A stretch of DNA of 34,270 nt from a virus (IMGVR_UViG_3300027804_000136:1-34270); one strand, 5' to 3'; counted from the stretch's first letter, positions 26,967 to 34,054 are shown. Numbers and translations are program-made. Notes: generated from the sequence alone by a model not told the origin.

Positions 26967-27002
26967 AAGGTGTAATCTACTACCTAAGAGTGTAGATAAA
27001 AT
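26967..27002 (+). promoter_or_regulatory. Repeated leader motif / H-type pseudoknot, copy 1
   Basis: AGGTG/TACCT and ATCTAC/GTAGAT pairings; 20/21 identical to 27649-27669. Confidence 0.55.
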
Positions 27003-27037
27003 AACAAGCAACGACAGTTGTAAAAATGTAAAACAAA

Positions 27038-27430
27038 ATGAGATATTTTCAATTAATTAACCCAATTAGAAATCAATATCCTTTAGTAGGAGAAAAAGAA
27101 ATCTATATTGAAGAAAATGGTGTACAAACACTAATTTTAAAACGTAATATTATTGCTAACTTTCCTAACGAAACAATGGAAATAGCACATGATTTATTTT
27201 TAGAAGATGTTCAACGTGAACAATCTTATAATTCTATTAAAAATACAATAGAAAAAAGTTCATTTGAAAGACTTGGTTGGATAATAGACAAGTTTAAAGA
27301 TTTTAAAAAAGATTGTTATACTAATGAGCAAACAGATATTATAGATAATATTTTATATGCTTGTAGATATCAATATAAAATGTTTTTATTAGAACAAGAA
27401 AATTTAAAAAATCAATCTAATGAGTCTTAA
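27038..27430 (+). CDS. Hypothetical early protein
   Basis: ORF with an A-rich leader. Confidence 0.7.
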   Translation: MRYFQLINPIRNQYPLVGEKEIYIEENGVQTLILKRNIIANFPNETMEIAHDLFLEDVQREQSYNSIKNTIEKSSFERLGWIIDKFKDFKKDCYTNEQTDIIDNILYACRYQYKMFLLEQENLKNQSNES

Positions 27431-27647
27431 TAATACCTATTGGAAAATGCGTAATGGTGATTTAATATCTATAGATGATATGGATATTAATCACCTACGT
27501 AATACCTTAAAAATGATTGTGAAGAATAGTAACAAACATAAAAAGCAAATAGCATTTGAACTTAAAGGTGATATGGCTAATGAATTTAATGATAATTACA
27601 TAGCTGATGATTTTCAAGAATTAAATGATGAATATGATGGATTATAA
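27420..27647 (+). CDS. Conserved phage hypothetical protein (W...G..I.I.DM...HL.N family)
   Basis: YWKMRNGDLISIDDMDINHLRN motif. Confidence 0.65.
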   Translation: MSLNNTYWKMRNGDLISIDDMDINHLRNTLKMIVKNSNKHKKQIAFELKGDMANEFNDNYIADDFQELNDEYDGL

Positions 27648-27648
27648 T

Positions 27649-27686
27649 AAGGTGTAATTTACTACCTAAATAAATGTAAATAAAAT
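27649..27686 (+). promoter_or_regulatory. Repeated leader motif / H-type pseudoknot, copy 2
   Basis: AGGTG/TACCT and ATTTAC/GTAAAT pairings, compensatory relative to copy 1. Confidence 0.55.
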
Positions 27687-27700
27687 TAAAACCTGATAAA

Positions 27701-27973
27701 ATGAACGTAAAAACAAAAATTCCATTTGGAATAAACTCAGTATCAATTGGTGACTATGTAATCACTACAATTAAATTAATTGTTGGCAATGATTTCATAT
27801 TAGATAAATTACCAATGGAAGTAAAAGTGTTAGCAACTAGAAAAGGATATATGCTAACATATGAATCTATTGCTAATGATGATTCAATAAGTGTATGTCA
27901 AGAATTAGGCAAATGCTTAAAAGAACATAGTAAATTAAAACTAGAACGTAAATATTCTTGGGTTCAAATTTAG
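27701..27973 (+). CDS. Hypothetical early protein
   Basis: ORF with an A-rich leader. Confidence 0.65.
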   Translation: MNVKTKIPFGINSVSIGDYVITTIKLIVGNDFILDKLPMEVKVLATRKGYMLTYESIANDDSISVCQELGKCLKEHSKLKLERKYSWVQI

Positions 27974-28073
27974 TAATAATAATACTTATAGGTTGTCCAT
28001 TAACTTGGCTTAGCATGAAACCTACAGTAGAGTGAAAAGCTCTTTTATTTAAAAACCAATTTAAAAGTATATT

Positions 28074-28292
28074 ATGAATAAATTAAGCAAAGAAACAGTA
28101 TTAAAAATTATCAAGATGCTTGATAAGCAGATAAATGTAGTCAATAAAAGAAATATTATTGACACTCAAACTAAAAAAGGTCTTATAGAATATTATTTAT
28201 CTATAGGAAAAGAACTTGGTCAAATAGAACTAAGAGACCATCTTCAATCTTTTATAGAAACAAAAGAAAAAAACAATTTAAAAACAATTTAA
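28074..28292 (+). CDS. Hypothetical early protein
   Basis: ORF preceded by the CAATTTAAAAGTATATTATG leader repeat. Confidence 0.65.
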   Translation: MNKLSKETVLKIIKMLDKQINVVNKRNIIDTQTKKGLIEYYLSIGKELGQIELRDHLQSFIETKEKNNLKTI

Positions 28293-28301
28293 AAGTATAT
28301 T

Positions 28302-28397
28302 ATGAAAAACGTAGACTATTATGAAAACCTGTATTATCAATTAATACAAAGATTGCTTGCAGAACAAGCAGTATTACATACATTATTAACTAATTAA
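28302..28397 (+). CDS. 31-aa peptide (not in ORF track)
   Basis: MKNVDYYENLYYQLIQRLLAEQAVLHTLLTN*; same leader as the 28074 gene. Confidence 0.5.
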   Translation: MKNVDYYENLYYQLIQRLLAEQAVLHTLLTN

Positions 28398-28417
28398 CAA
28401 TTTAAAAGACAATTAAA

Positions 28418-28642
28418 ATGGAAAATGAACAATTATTAAATCTCTTAGATGAAATACAAATGTCCTTAGAACTAGGTCATAGATCAGAATACACAATAAA
28501 AAATGACATATTTCAATATGACACTAGGGATGCTTATGACCAACATTGGTATAAGTTTGTACACCCTAATGAAGATGCAGATTATACTGAGCATCCTTAT
28601 TTTGAAAAAGTTCAACAATGGTATATATCTGCATATACCTAA
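28418..28642 (+). CDS. Hypothetical acidic protein
   Basis: ORF with an A-rich leader. Confidence 0.65.
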   Translation: MENEQLLNLLDEIQMSLELGHRSEYTIKNDIFQYDTRDAYDQHWYKFVHPNEDADYTEHPYFEKVQQWYISAYT

Positions 28643-28761
28643 TGGAAATAACTAAAAAAGAAAAAATACTATTTGCAGGATTAGTAGTATTAACAGCAGT
28701 GTCATTTATACTTTTAGTATTTATGTCACTGCTATTTATTAAATCAATTATTAACAATTAA
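28642..28761 (+). CDS. 39-aa single-TM peptide (not in ORF track)
   Basis: MEITKKEKILFAGLVVLTAVSFILLVFMSLLFIKSIINN*; TAATG coupling with the upstream gene. Confidence 0.55.
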   Translation: MEITKKEKILFAGLVVLTAVSFILLVFMSLLFIKSIINN

Positions 28762-28770
28762 AAAACAATT

Positions 28771-28878
28771 ATGAACAATTTAAAATCAAGATTAAAAAAT
28801 TACGTAGACCAATTAACAGTTGGTTTAATACTTGTAACAATAATGGTAATTATTAACTTAATAATAACAAGATTATGA
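28771..28878 (+). CDS. 35-aa single-TM peptide (not in ORF track)
   Basis: MNNLKSRLKNYVDQLTVGLILVTIMVIINLIITRL*; ATGA coupling with the next gene. Confidence 0.5.
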   Translation: MNNLKSRLKNYVDQLTVGLILVTIMVIINLIITRL

Positions 28879-29243
28879 AGAAAATAATAATAATACTGGC
28901 AATATTGTCAATTTCAATAAGCAATTCATTTGCTCAAAAAGCTAAAAAGGAAATTCCTATTAGATTTAAAATATACTTAAATGGATATTATGTTGAAACT
29001 GACCAAGTTGAAATAGGTAAGATAACATCAAGTGGTGTTAAATCAAAACATAAACTAAATAATGATTTCACAGGATGGTTTCATATTGATGAAGTTTATA
29101 ATATGTATATAACACATCCTAATTATCAGACACAAAAGTTTAAGTTAAGTATAACTAAAAAAATTAAAAAGAAAACAATTGTAATTTATCTTTTAAGCAC
29201 TGAACCAGATGTAGATTTAGGAGATATAACAGCTTGTATATAA
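28875..29243 (+). CDS. Exported beta-rich protein with a Sec signal peptide
   Basis: MKKIIIILAILSISISNSFA|QK, a Bacteroidota-style signal peptide with Q at +1. Confidence 0.65.
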   Translation: MKKIIIILAILSISISNSFAQKAKKEIPIRFKIYLNGYYVETDQVEIGKITSSGVKSKHKLNNDFTGWFHIDEVYNMYITHPNYQTQKFKLSITKKIKKKTIVIYLLSTEPDVDLGDITACI

Positions 29244-29392
29244 AAGAATTAAACAATAAATATAAATCACTATATCATTGAGATATTAAATAGTGCAATG
29301 TTATATTTATTGTTTAAAGTCTAAATGTAGACTTAAAATAGATTAAAACAATTAAACAAATAAAATCAATTAACAATTTAAAACAAACAATT

Positions 29393-29851
29393 ATGACATC
29401 AACAGTAAAATTAACAGTAAATCCAGCTAATGGTCAAATCTTCACAGCTAATGAAAATTTAGGTAAAGATGGTAAAGTATATGGTTTCTTACGTTTTGAA
29501 CAAGAAATATTAAATTTTAGTTCATCAGTAATAAACGTTAAAACATTATCTGCATTAAAATCAATATCTTTAGAAGCTTATGAAAAAGCTCAAAAATCCT
29601 TAATTGAAGGGATGGAAATTGGTGGTAAAATTATTATCACTGAAAGTTTAACAGAAGGTATTGGATTTAAAGTTAAACGTGCAGGTGGTGATGAAAATTC
29701 TCCAGTATGTACATTTAATGGTAAACCAATTTACCGTAAAACTGAATACAGTGATGTAGAAGGTGAAACACACAGTTTAATTGCTCACACAAATGGTGAA
29801 GAAATTAAAGCATACAATGCAATGAAAGTTAGTGCAAAAGCGCTTAACTAA
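29393..29851 (+). CDS. Conserved phage hypothetical protein (beta-rich)
   Basis: YG..R.EQ, GKI...ESL, K.AG....VCT..G.PIYRKT.Y motifs; highly expressed codon style. Confidence 0.75.
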   Translation: MTSTVKLTVNPANGQIFTANENLGKDGKVYGFLRFEQEILNFSSSVINVKTLSALKSISLEAYEKAQKSLIEGMEIGGKIIITESLTEGIGFKVKRAGGDENSPVCTFNGKPIYRKTEYSDVEGETHSLIAHTNGEEIKAYNAMKVSAKALN

Positions 29852-29864
29852 TAACTAATAAATT

Positions 29865-29891
29865 AAGGGTAGCTGTAAAAGGCTACCTTTT
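29865..29891 (+). terminator. Terminator-like hairpin overlapping twister P1
   Basis: GGTAGC-TGTAAAAG-GCTACC-TTTT. Confidence 0.6.
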
Positions 29892-29998
29892 ACTAATGCA
29901 TCACAACTTGTTTTCAAAGGACAAGCAGTTAGGTTTGGTTTCCATTTTATTCATTATTTGATTATTAATAAAATTGACTGAATGCAGATGAGTAAAAG
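29887..29998 (+). ncRNA. Twister ribozyme (P1-type)
   Basis: P1 CUUUUAC/GUAAAAG, UAA, P2 UGCA/UGCA, P4 CUUGU/ACAAG, L4 UUUCAAAGG, P5 CAGUUA/UGACUG, GA-UGA; pseudoknot UCA/UGA covaries with CCC/GGG of the other copy. Confidence 0.8.
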
Positions 29999-30085
29999 TA
30001 TGTTAGTTTAAATGGTAAAACAATATAATAATTTAGTAGGTTTTTTTATTATAAGATTTTAGGTTCGACTCCTAAACATACTTCA
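29997..30085 (+). tRNA. tRNA-like element with an AT-rich extended arm replacing the anticodon arm
   Basis: AGTATGT/ACATACT acceptor, TAGTTTAAATGGTAAAAC D arm, TATAATAA/TTATTATA stem with a 14-nt loop, TTAGG-TTCGACT-CCTAA T arm. Confidence 0.65.
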
Positions 30086-30120
30086 ATTAATTAATTATTA
30101 ACAATTTAAAACAAATAAAG

Positions 30121-30318
30121 ATGAATCCAAAATCATGCGTTAAATGCTGTAGATCAAACTATATGCATAGTATAAAATTTAGTAAATCAAGATGTAGTCA
30201 AGATATTTGTATAGAATGTAGTAATAATACTATTAAAATTAAAGAAAAATCTGGGCTTAGTTTTTCTAGCTCACATTTAATAAATGGCGTAAGACAACAT
30301 ATAACAATATCAATTTAA
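30121..30318 (+). CDS. Small Zn-ribbon protein
   Basis: CVKC...CIEC motif pair. Confidence 0.55.
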   Translation: MNPKSCVKCCRSNYMHSIKFSKSRCSQDICIECSNNTIKIKEKSGLSFSSSHLINGVRQHITISI

Positions 30319-30322
30319 AATT

Positions 30323-30559
30323 ATGACACTAATACACGAATTACAGCAAATGCTTTGGGTTACAACTCCTCATGGAGATGGCATAGCTTTGTTTATAATG
30401 GATTATGGTATTCATAATAATACAATATGGGTTGTAAGCCTTGAATCTGATGGTTCTATTAAACATTATGATAGTAATCAAATAAAACTATGTTTTAATT
30501 ATACAATAGATTTTAATAAAAATAAACTAAATAATGATGACACTGATAAAAGAAATTAA
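30323..30559 (+). CDS. Conserved phage hypothetical protein
   Basis: WV.TPHGDG.A.F..DYG...N..WVV motif. Confidence 0.65.
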   Translation: MTLIHELQQMLWVTTPHGDGIALFIMDYGIHNNTIWVVSLESDGSIKHYDSNQIKLCFNYTIDFNKNKLNNDDTDKRN

Positions 30560-31427
30560 CAGAAACTCTATGATAATAAGGCCTAGTGGTAGAAGCACAG
30601 ACTTTATTTCACCAAGCTTTGGTTATGGTTGTTTATATAATTGTAGCTATTGTTATATGAAAAGACATAAACCTCAAGGTTTAGATATTGCAAAGAATAC
30701 TATGAATATATTAACTGAAATTAATAATCATTGTATGTTTGCTGAAGTAGATAAGCCTAATCAAACTCATAATAACTATACAACGTATGATATATCTTGT
30801 AATGAAGACTTTGCATTGCATGCTAAATATCATGAATGGGAAACAATATTTGATTTCTTTAAGAATCATCCTGTAGCAATGGGTTCATTTGCAACTAAAT
30901 ATGTTAATGTGGACTTAATAAACTATAATCCTGAAGATAAAATTAGAATAAGGTTTAGTTTAATGCCACAGAATATATCTGATGAGTTAGAACCTAATAC
31001 ATCTAAAATAATTGATAGGATTAAAGCTATTGATGCATTTATAGATGCTGGTTATGAAGTTCATATAAACTTTAGTCCAGTTGTTGTTTATGATAATTGG
31101 TTAAAAGATTATGAATATTTATTTCAAATGGTTGATAATTATGTAGATTATCAAAATGAAGTTAAGTGTGAAGTTATATTCCTTACACATAATGAAAATA
31201 AACATAATTATAACTTAACAAATAATATAACAGGAGAGTCTTTATTATGGAATACAGATATTCAAGAAAATAAGATATCACAATATGGTGGTAAGAATAT
31301 TAGGTATAAACATAATCTTAAAGCTGAATACATTAAACAATGGATTAATTTACACAATAGAATAATAAATTGGAATAAAATTAGGTATTGTTTTACTTTA
31401 TTATTACCTTTACTTATAATATTATAA
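30534..31427 (+). CDS. Spore photoproduct lyase-family radical SAM protein
   Basis: GCLYNCSYCY (CxxxCxxC), SFATK, RIRFSLMP, GYEVHINFSPV motifs. Confidence 0.85.
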   Translation: MMTLIKEINRNSMIIRPSGRSTDFISPSFGYGCLYNCSYCYMKRHKPQGLDIAKNTMNILTEINNHCMFAEVDKPNQTHNNYTTYDISCNEDFALHAKYHEWETIFDFFKNHPVAMGSFATKYVNVDLINYNPEDKIRIRFSLMPQNISDELEPNTSKIIDRIKAIDAFIDAGYEVHINFSPVVVYDNWLKDYEYLFQMVDNYVDYQNEVKCEVIFLTHNENKHNYNLTNNITGESLLWNTDIQENKISQYGGKNIRYKHNLKAEYIKQWINLHNRIINWNKIRYCFTLLLPLLIIL

Positions 31428-31429
31428 TT

Positions 31430-32017
31430 ATGGCAGGAAAATATATAGACATAACAAGTCAAAAGTTTAACAAGCTTACAGCTATAAACTATGAAGGAAA
31501 TGAAAAATGGTTGTTTCAATGTGAATGTGGTAAGCAAATTATAAGAAAATCTTATGATGTAAAAAGAGGAGCTATACAATCTTGTTCAAGAATTTGTACA
31601 ACAGGTAATTCTAGTAAACATCCTTTGTATCAAACATGGGATGGTATTAAAAAAAGGTGTTACCAAAAAACTGCTACAGGTTACAATAATTATGGAGCTA
31701 GAGGTATTAAAATGTGTAATGAGTGGAAAGAATCTTTTTGGAATTTTGTAAAAGATATGGGTAAAAAACCTTTTAAAGCTTGTAGTATTGAAAGATTAGA
31801 TAATAATAAAGATTATTGTAAAGATAATTGTACTTGGGCTTCATCTAAAGAACAATCTGAAAATAGAAGAAATAATATTTACATTGTTTACAAAAATGAA
31901 ACTTACACTCTTTACACGCTTTGTAAACTTTTAAATTTAAAACACAGCACAGTATATTGGAGGTTAAAAAAATCTTCTTTAACACCACAAGAGTACTTTA
32001 ATAAAAATATATTTTAA
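31430..32017 (+). CDS. HNH-type homing endonuclease (start reassigned to ATG 31430, MAGKYID)
   Basis: W.FQCECG, W..IK.RC, YGARGI..C.EW, SIERLDNNKDYC.DNC.WA...Q..N motifs; C-terminal HTH-like segment. Confidence 0.8.
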   Translation: MAGKYIDITSQKFNKLTAINYEGNEKWLFQCECGKQIIRKSYDVKRGAIQSCSRICTTGNSSKHPLYQTWDGIKKRCYQKTATGYNNYGARGIKMCNEWKESFWNFVKDMGKKPFKACSIERLDNNKDYCKDNCTWASSKEQSENRRNNIYIVYKNETYTLYTLCKLLNLKHSTVYWRLKKSSLTPQEYFNKNIF

Positions 32018-32029
32018 AACAAAAACAAT

Positions 32030-32248
32030 ATGAAAATAATAAGACAAACAAATAAGTTTATTTTAAATGAAAAGCATTATTTAGAATTAAAATACAAAGA
32101 ATATGTAGTTTATCAAATTGTATATTTCTTAGGTATATTTAAATTACAATTAAGAACTTATGATTTTAATTCATTAAGTAAAAAAGATAATTTAAATAAT
32201 ATCTATATGAATTTCAATATTGTCAAAGTAAACACAAAACAAATTTAA
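32030..32248 (+). CDS. Hypothetical protein
   Basis: ORF with an A-rich leader. Confidence 0.55.
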   Translation: MKIIRQTNKFILNEKHYLELKYKEYVVYQIVYFLGIFKLQLRTYDFNSLSKKDNLNNIYMNFNIVKVNTKQI

Positions 32249-32264
32249 CTTAAAACAAATTAAT

Positions 32265-32777
32265 ATGGATAGAATAGAATTAAATGGTGTTTGGTATATA
32301 AAAGAAAGCTTAACATTTAAAAAAAAATATTATCAACCTGATTACTCAATAACAAATCTAGATGTAATAACTTATAGAAATGGTGATGCTATACCTGAAG
32401 TAAAAAGCCCTGAAAAGTGGCGTGAATTAACTACAGGAGCATATTGTTATTGTGATAATGACAAAAGTAAAGGTATATTATATAATTGGTATGCCGTTAA
32501 TGACCCTAGAGGATTAGCACCATTAGGTTGGAAAATACCTGATAATAAAGAAATATATTTATTAGATTTAAAAATAAATCCTCAATTTAATGGTTATCGT
32601 TACGAAGATGGAGATTTTTTAGAAATTGGTGATCATTGTTACTGGTGGAGTTCATCAGAAGAAAATCCCGATAATGCTTGGTACTGCTATTGGCACGGCA
32701 ATAATAGCAATGTATTTAGTTCCAACTACTATAAGCAGGTTGGCTTTTCTGTGCGTTGTATTAAAGAAAATATTTAA
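32265..32777 (+). CDS. FISUMP (Fibrobacter succinogenes major paralogous domain)-like protein
   Basis: NLDV..YRNGD.IP, LYNWYAV.DPRGLAP.GW.IP, YWWSSS, GFSVRCIK motifs. Confidence 0.85.
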   Translation: MDRIELNGVWYIKESLTFKKKYYQPDYSITNLDVITYRNGDAIPEVKSPEKWRELTTGAYCYCDNDKSKGILYNWYAVNDPRGLAPLGWKIPDNKEIYLLDLKINPQFNGYRYEDGDFLEIGDHCYWWSSSEENPDNAWYCYWHGNNSNVFSSNYYKQVGFSVRCIKENI

Positions 32778-32797
32778 ACAATTAAAACAAATTTAAC

Positions 32798-33043
32798 ATG
32801 AAACCAAAAAAAAAAGCACAACAGCTATACACAGATGCATATATGAGATGGTGTAATGAACTATCTCATGAAGAAAACTCTATGAATGCTAAAAACATAT
32901 CTCAATACATTTGTAATGAAGTAATGGGATATTTAGAATGTTTAGAGAAAGATAAAGAAGAACTACTTGAAAATTATGTATTTTGGTTAAACGTAAAAGA
33001 CATACTAGATGAAAGTAGTCATAAAAAATTATATAAATATTAA
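32798..33043 (+). CDS. Hypothetical phage protein (M.PK.KA..L family)
   Basis: MKPKKKAQQL...FWLNVK motif. Confidence 0.6.
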   Translation: MKPKKKAQQLYTDAYMRWCNELSHEENSMNAKNISQYICNEVMGYLECLEKDKEELLENYVFWLNVKDILDESSHKKLYKY

Positions 33044-33054
33044 AAAAAACTAAT

Positions 33055-33306
33055 ATGACACCAAAAGAAATACAAAAACTAGTAGACAACTATCCAGCTA
33101 AATATGAAGATGGACTCACAGATGCTGAGATAAAAGATATAACAAGTAAAATACCTAACATAAACATGGATAAGGTTTATGATGCATTATGTGGTAATAC
33201 TTGTATGATGATTGATAATAATATGATTAATTATCATCATGATGTAGCATTAGCCATAACATGTGGAGTACAAAATAGAGATATTAACGCAGAAGAATGG
33301 GATTAA
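33055..33306 (+). CDS. Hypothetical protein
   Basis: ORF in the operon. Confidence 0.65.
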   Translation: MTPKEIQKLVDNYPAKYEDGLTDAEIKDITSKIPNINMDKVYDALCGNTCMMIDNNMINYHHDVALAITCGVQNRDINAEEWD

Positions 33307-33307
33307 T

Positions 33308-33577
33308 ATGAAAAAACAGAGAAATAAACTAAAACAATCTGATATACAGACAATTAACAATGCTTATTTTTCTAAAGTAGAAGAATATAATAAATTATCA
33401 TTAGATGAACTTAGAACTCTTTTTACTGATTCATTAGTAACAGGTGCTAAGCGCATTAATGGTATATATAAAAGAGCATTGTTTGATGTTGTTACAGAAA
33501 AAAGACAACAAGAAATGGTTGATAATGCAAAAAATGGTTTAACTAACACTAACACTAAAGAAAATGAAACAGACTGA
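33308..33577 (+). CDS. Hypothetical protein (start probably MKKQRN at 33308)
   Basis: In-frame ATG just after the upstream stop. Confidence 0.6.
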   Translation: MKKQRNKLKQSDIQTINNAYFSKVEEYNKLSLDELRTLFTDSLVTGAKRINGIYKRALFDVVTEKRQQEMVDNAKNGLTNTNTKENETD

Positions 33578-33803
33578 TTTACTAGAGCTTAAATTTAACA
33601 AAGAATATTCAGAAGAAAAAGATTGGTATTATTATTATTATAATCTTACTAATGATATTACATTAATATCTCCAGCAAGTGATGAAGTAGTTAATGACAA
33701 TTGGTTTGTTTGTATAATGGAATCAAGTCCTGAAGTTGAATTTAATAATTTAAAAGAATTAAAAGAGATTATTAACCTTATAGAAAAAAACAAAAGAAAA
33801 TGA
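33564..33803 (+). CDS. Hypothetical protein
   Basis: Overlapping operon ORF. Confidence 0.6.
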   Translation: MKQTDLLELKFNKEYSEEKDWYYYYYNLTNDITLISPASDEVVNDNWFVCIMESSPEVEFNNLKELKEIINLIEKNKRK

Positions 33804-34054
33804 AAGTAATAATAGAATACAACTTAGATAACCCAGAATCAAAGAAAGCTCATTTAAGAGTTGTTAAATCAACTGATATGGCTATAGTGTTATTTGAAAT
33901 ATTAAATAATGTTAAGAAAAAGGTAACAAATTCATCTTCTGTACTTAGAAATAACAAAGAATTGTCACACGAACAAGGTGTGGAAGATGTTATGTATGAG
34001 ATCAGAAAGTTATGTGAAGATTATAACCTTAATATTGATGAATTACTAGATTAA
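33800..34054 (+). CDS. Hypothetical protein
   Basis: ATGA-coupled ORF. Confidence 0.6.
   Translation: MKVIIEYNLDNPESKKAHLRVVKSTDMAIVLFEILNNVKKKVTNSSSVLRNNKELSHEQGVEDVMYEIRKLCEDYNLNIDELLD

Noticed and set aside
26959-27030. HDV-like theta ribozyme after the tRNA-like element
   Set aside because: Could not build the nested double pseudoknot or the J4/2 catalytic C; only a simple H-type pseudoknot fits
26053-33555. Minus-strand ORFs at 26053, 28566, 31262, 32889 and 33364
   Set aside because: Antisense to the plus-strand operon or ncRNA units, with no recognisable motifs
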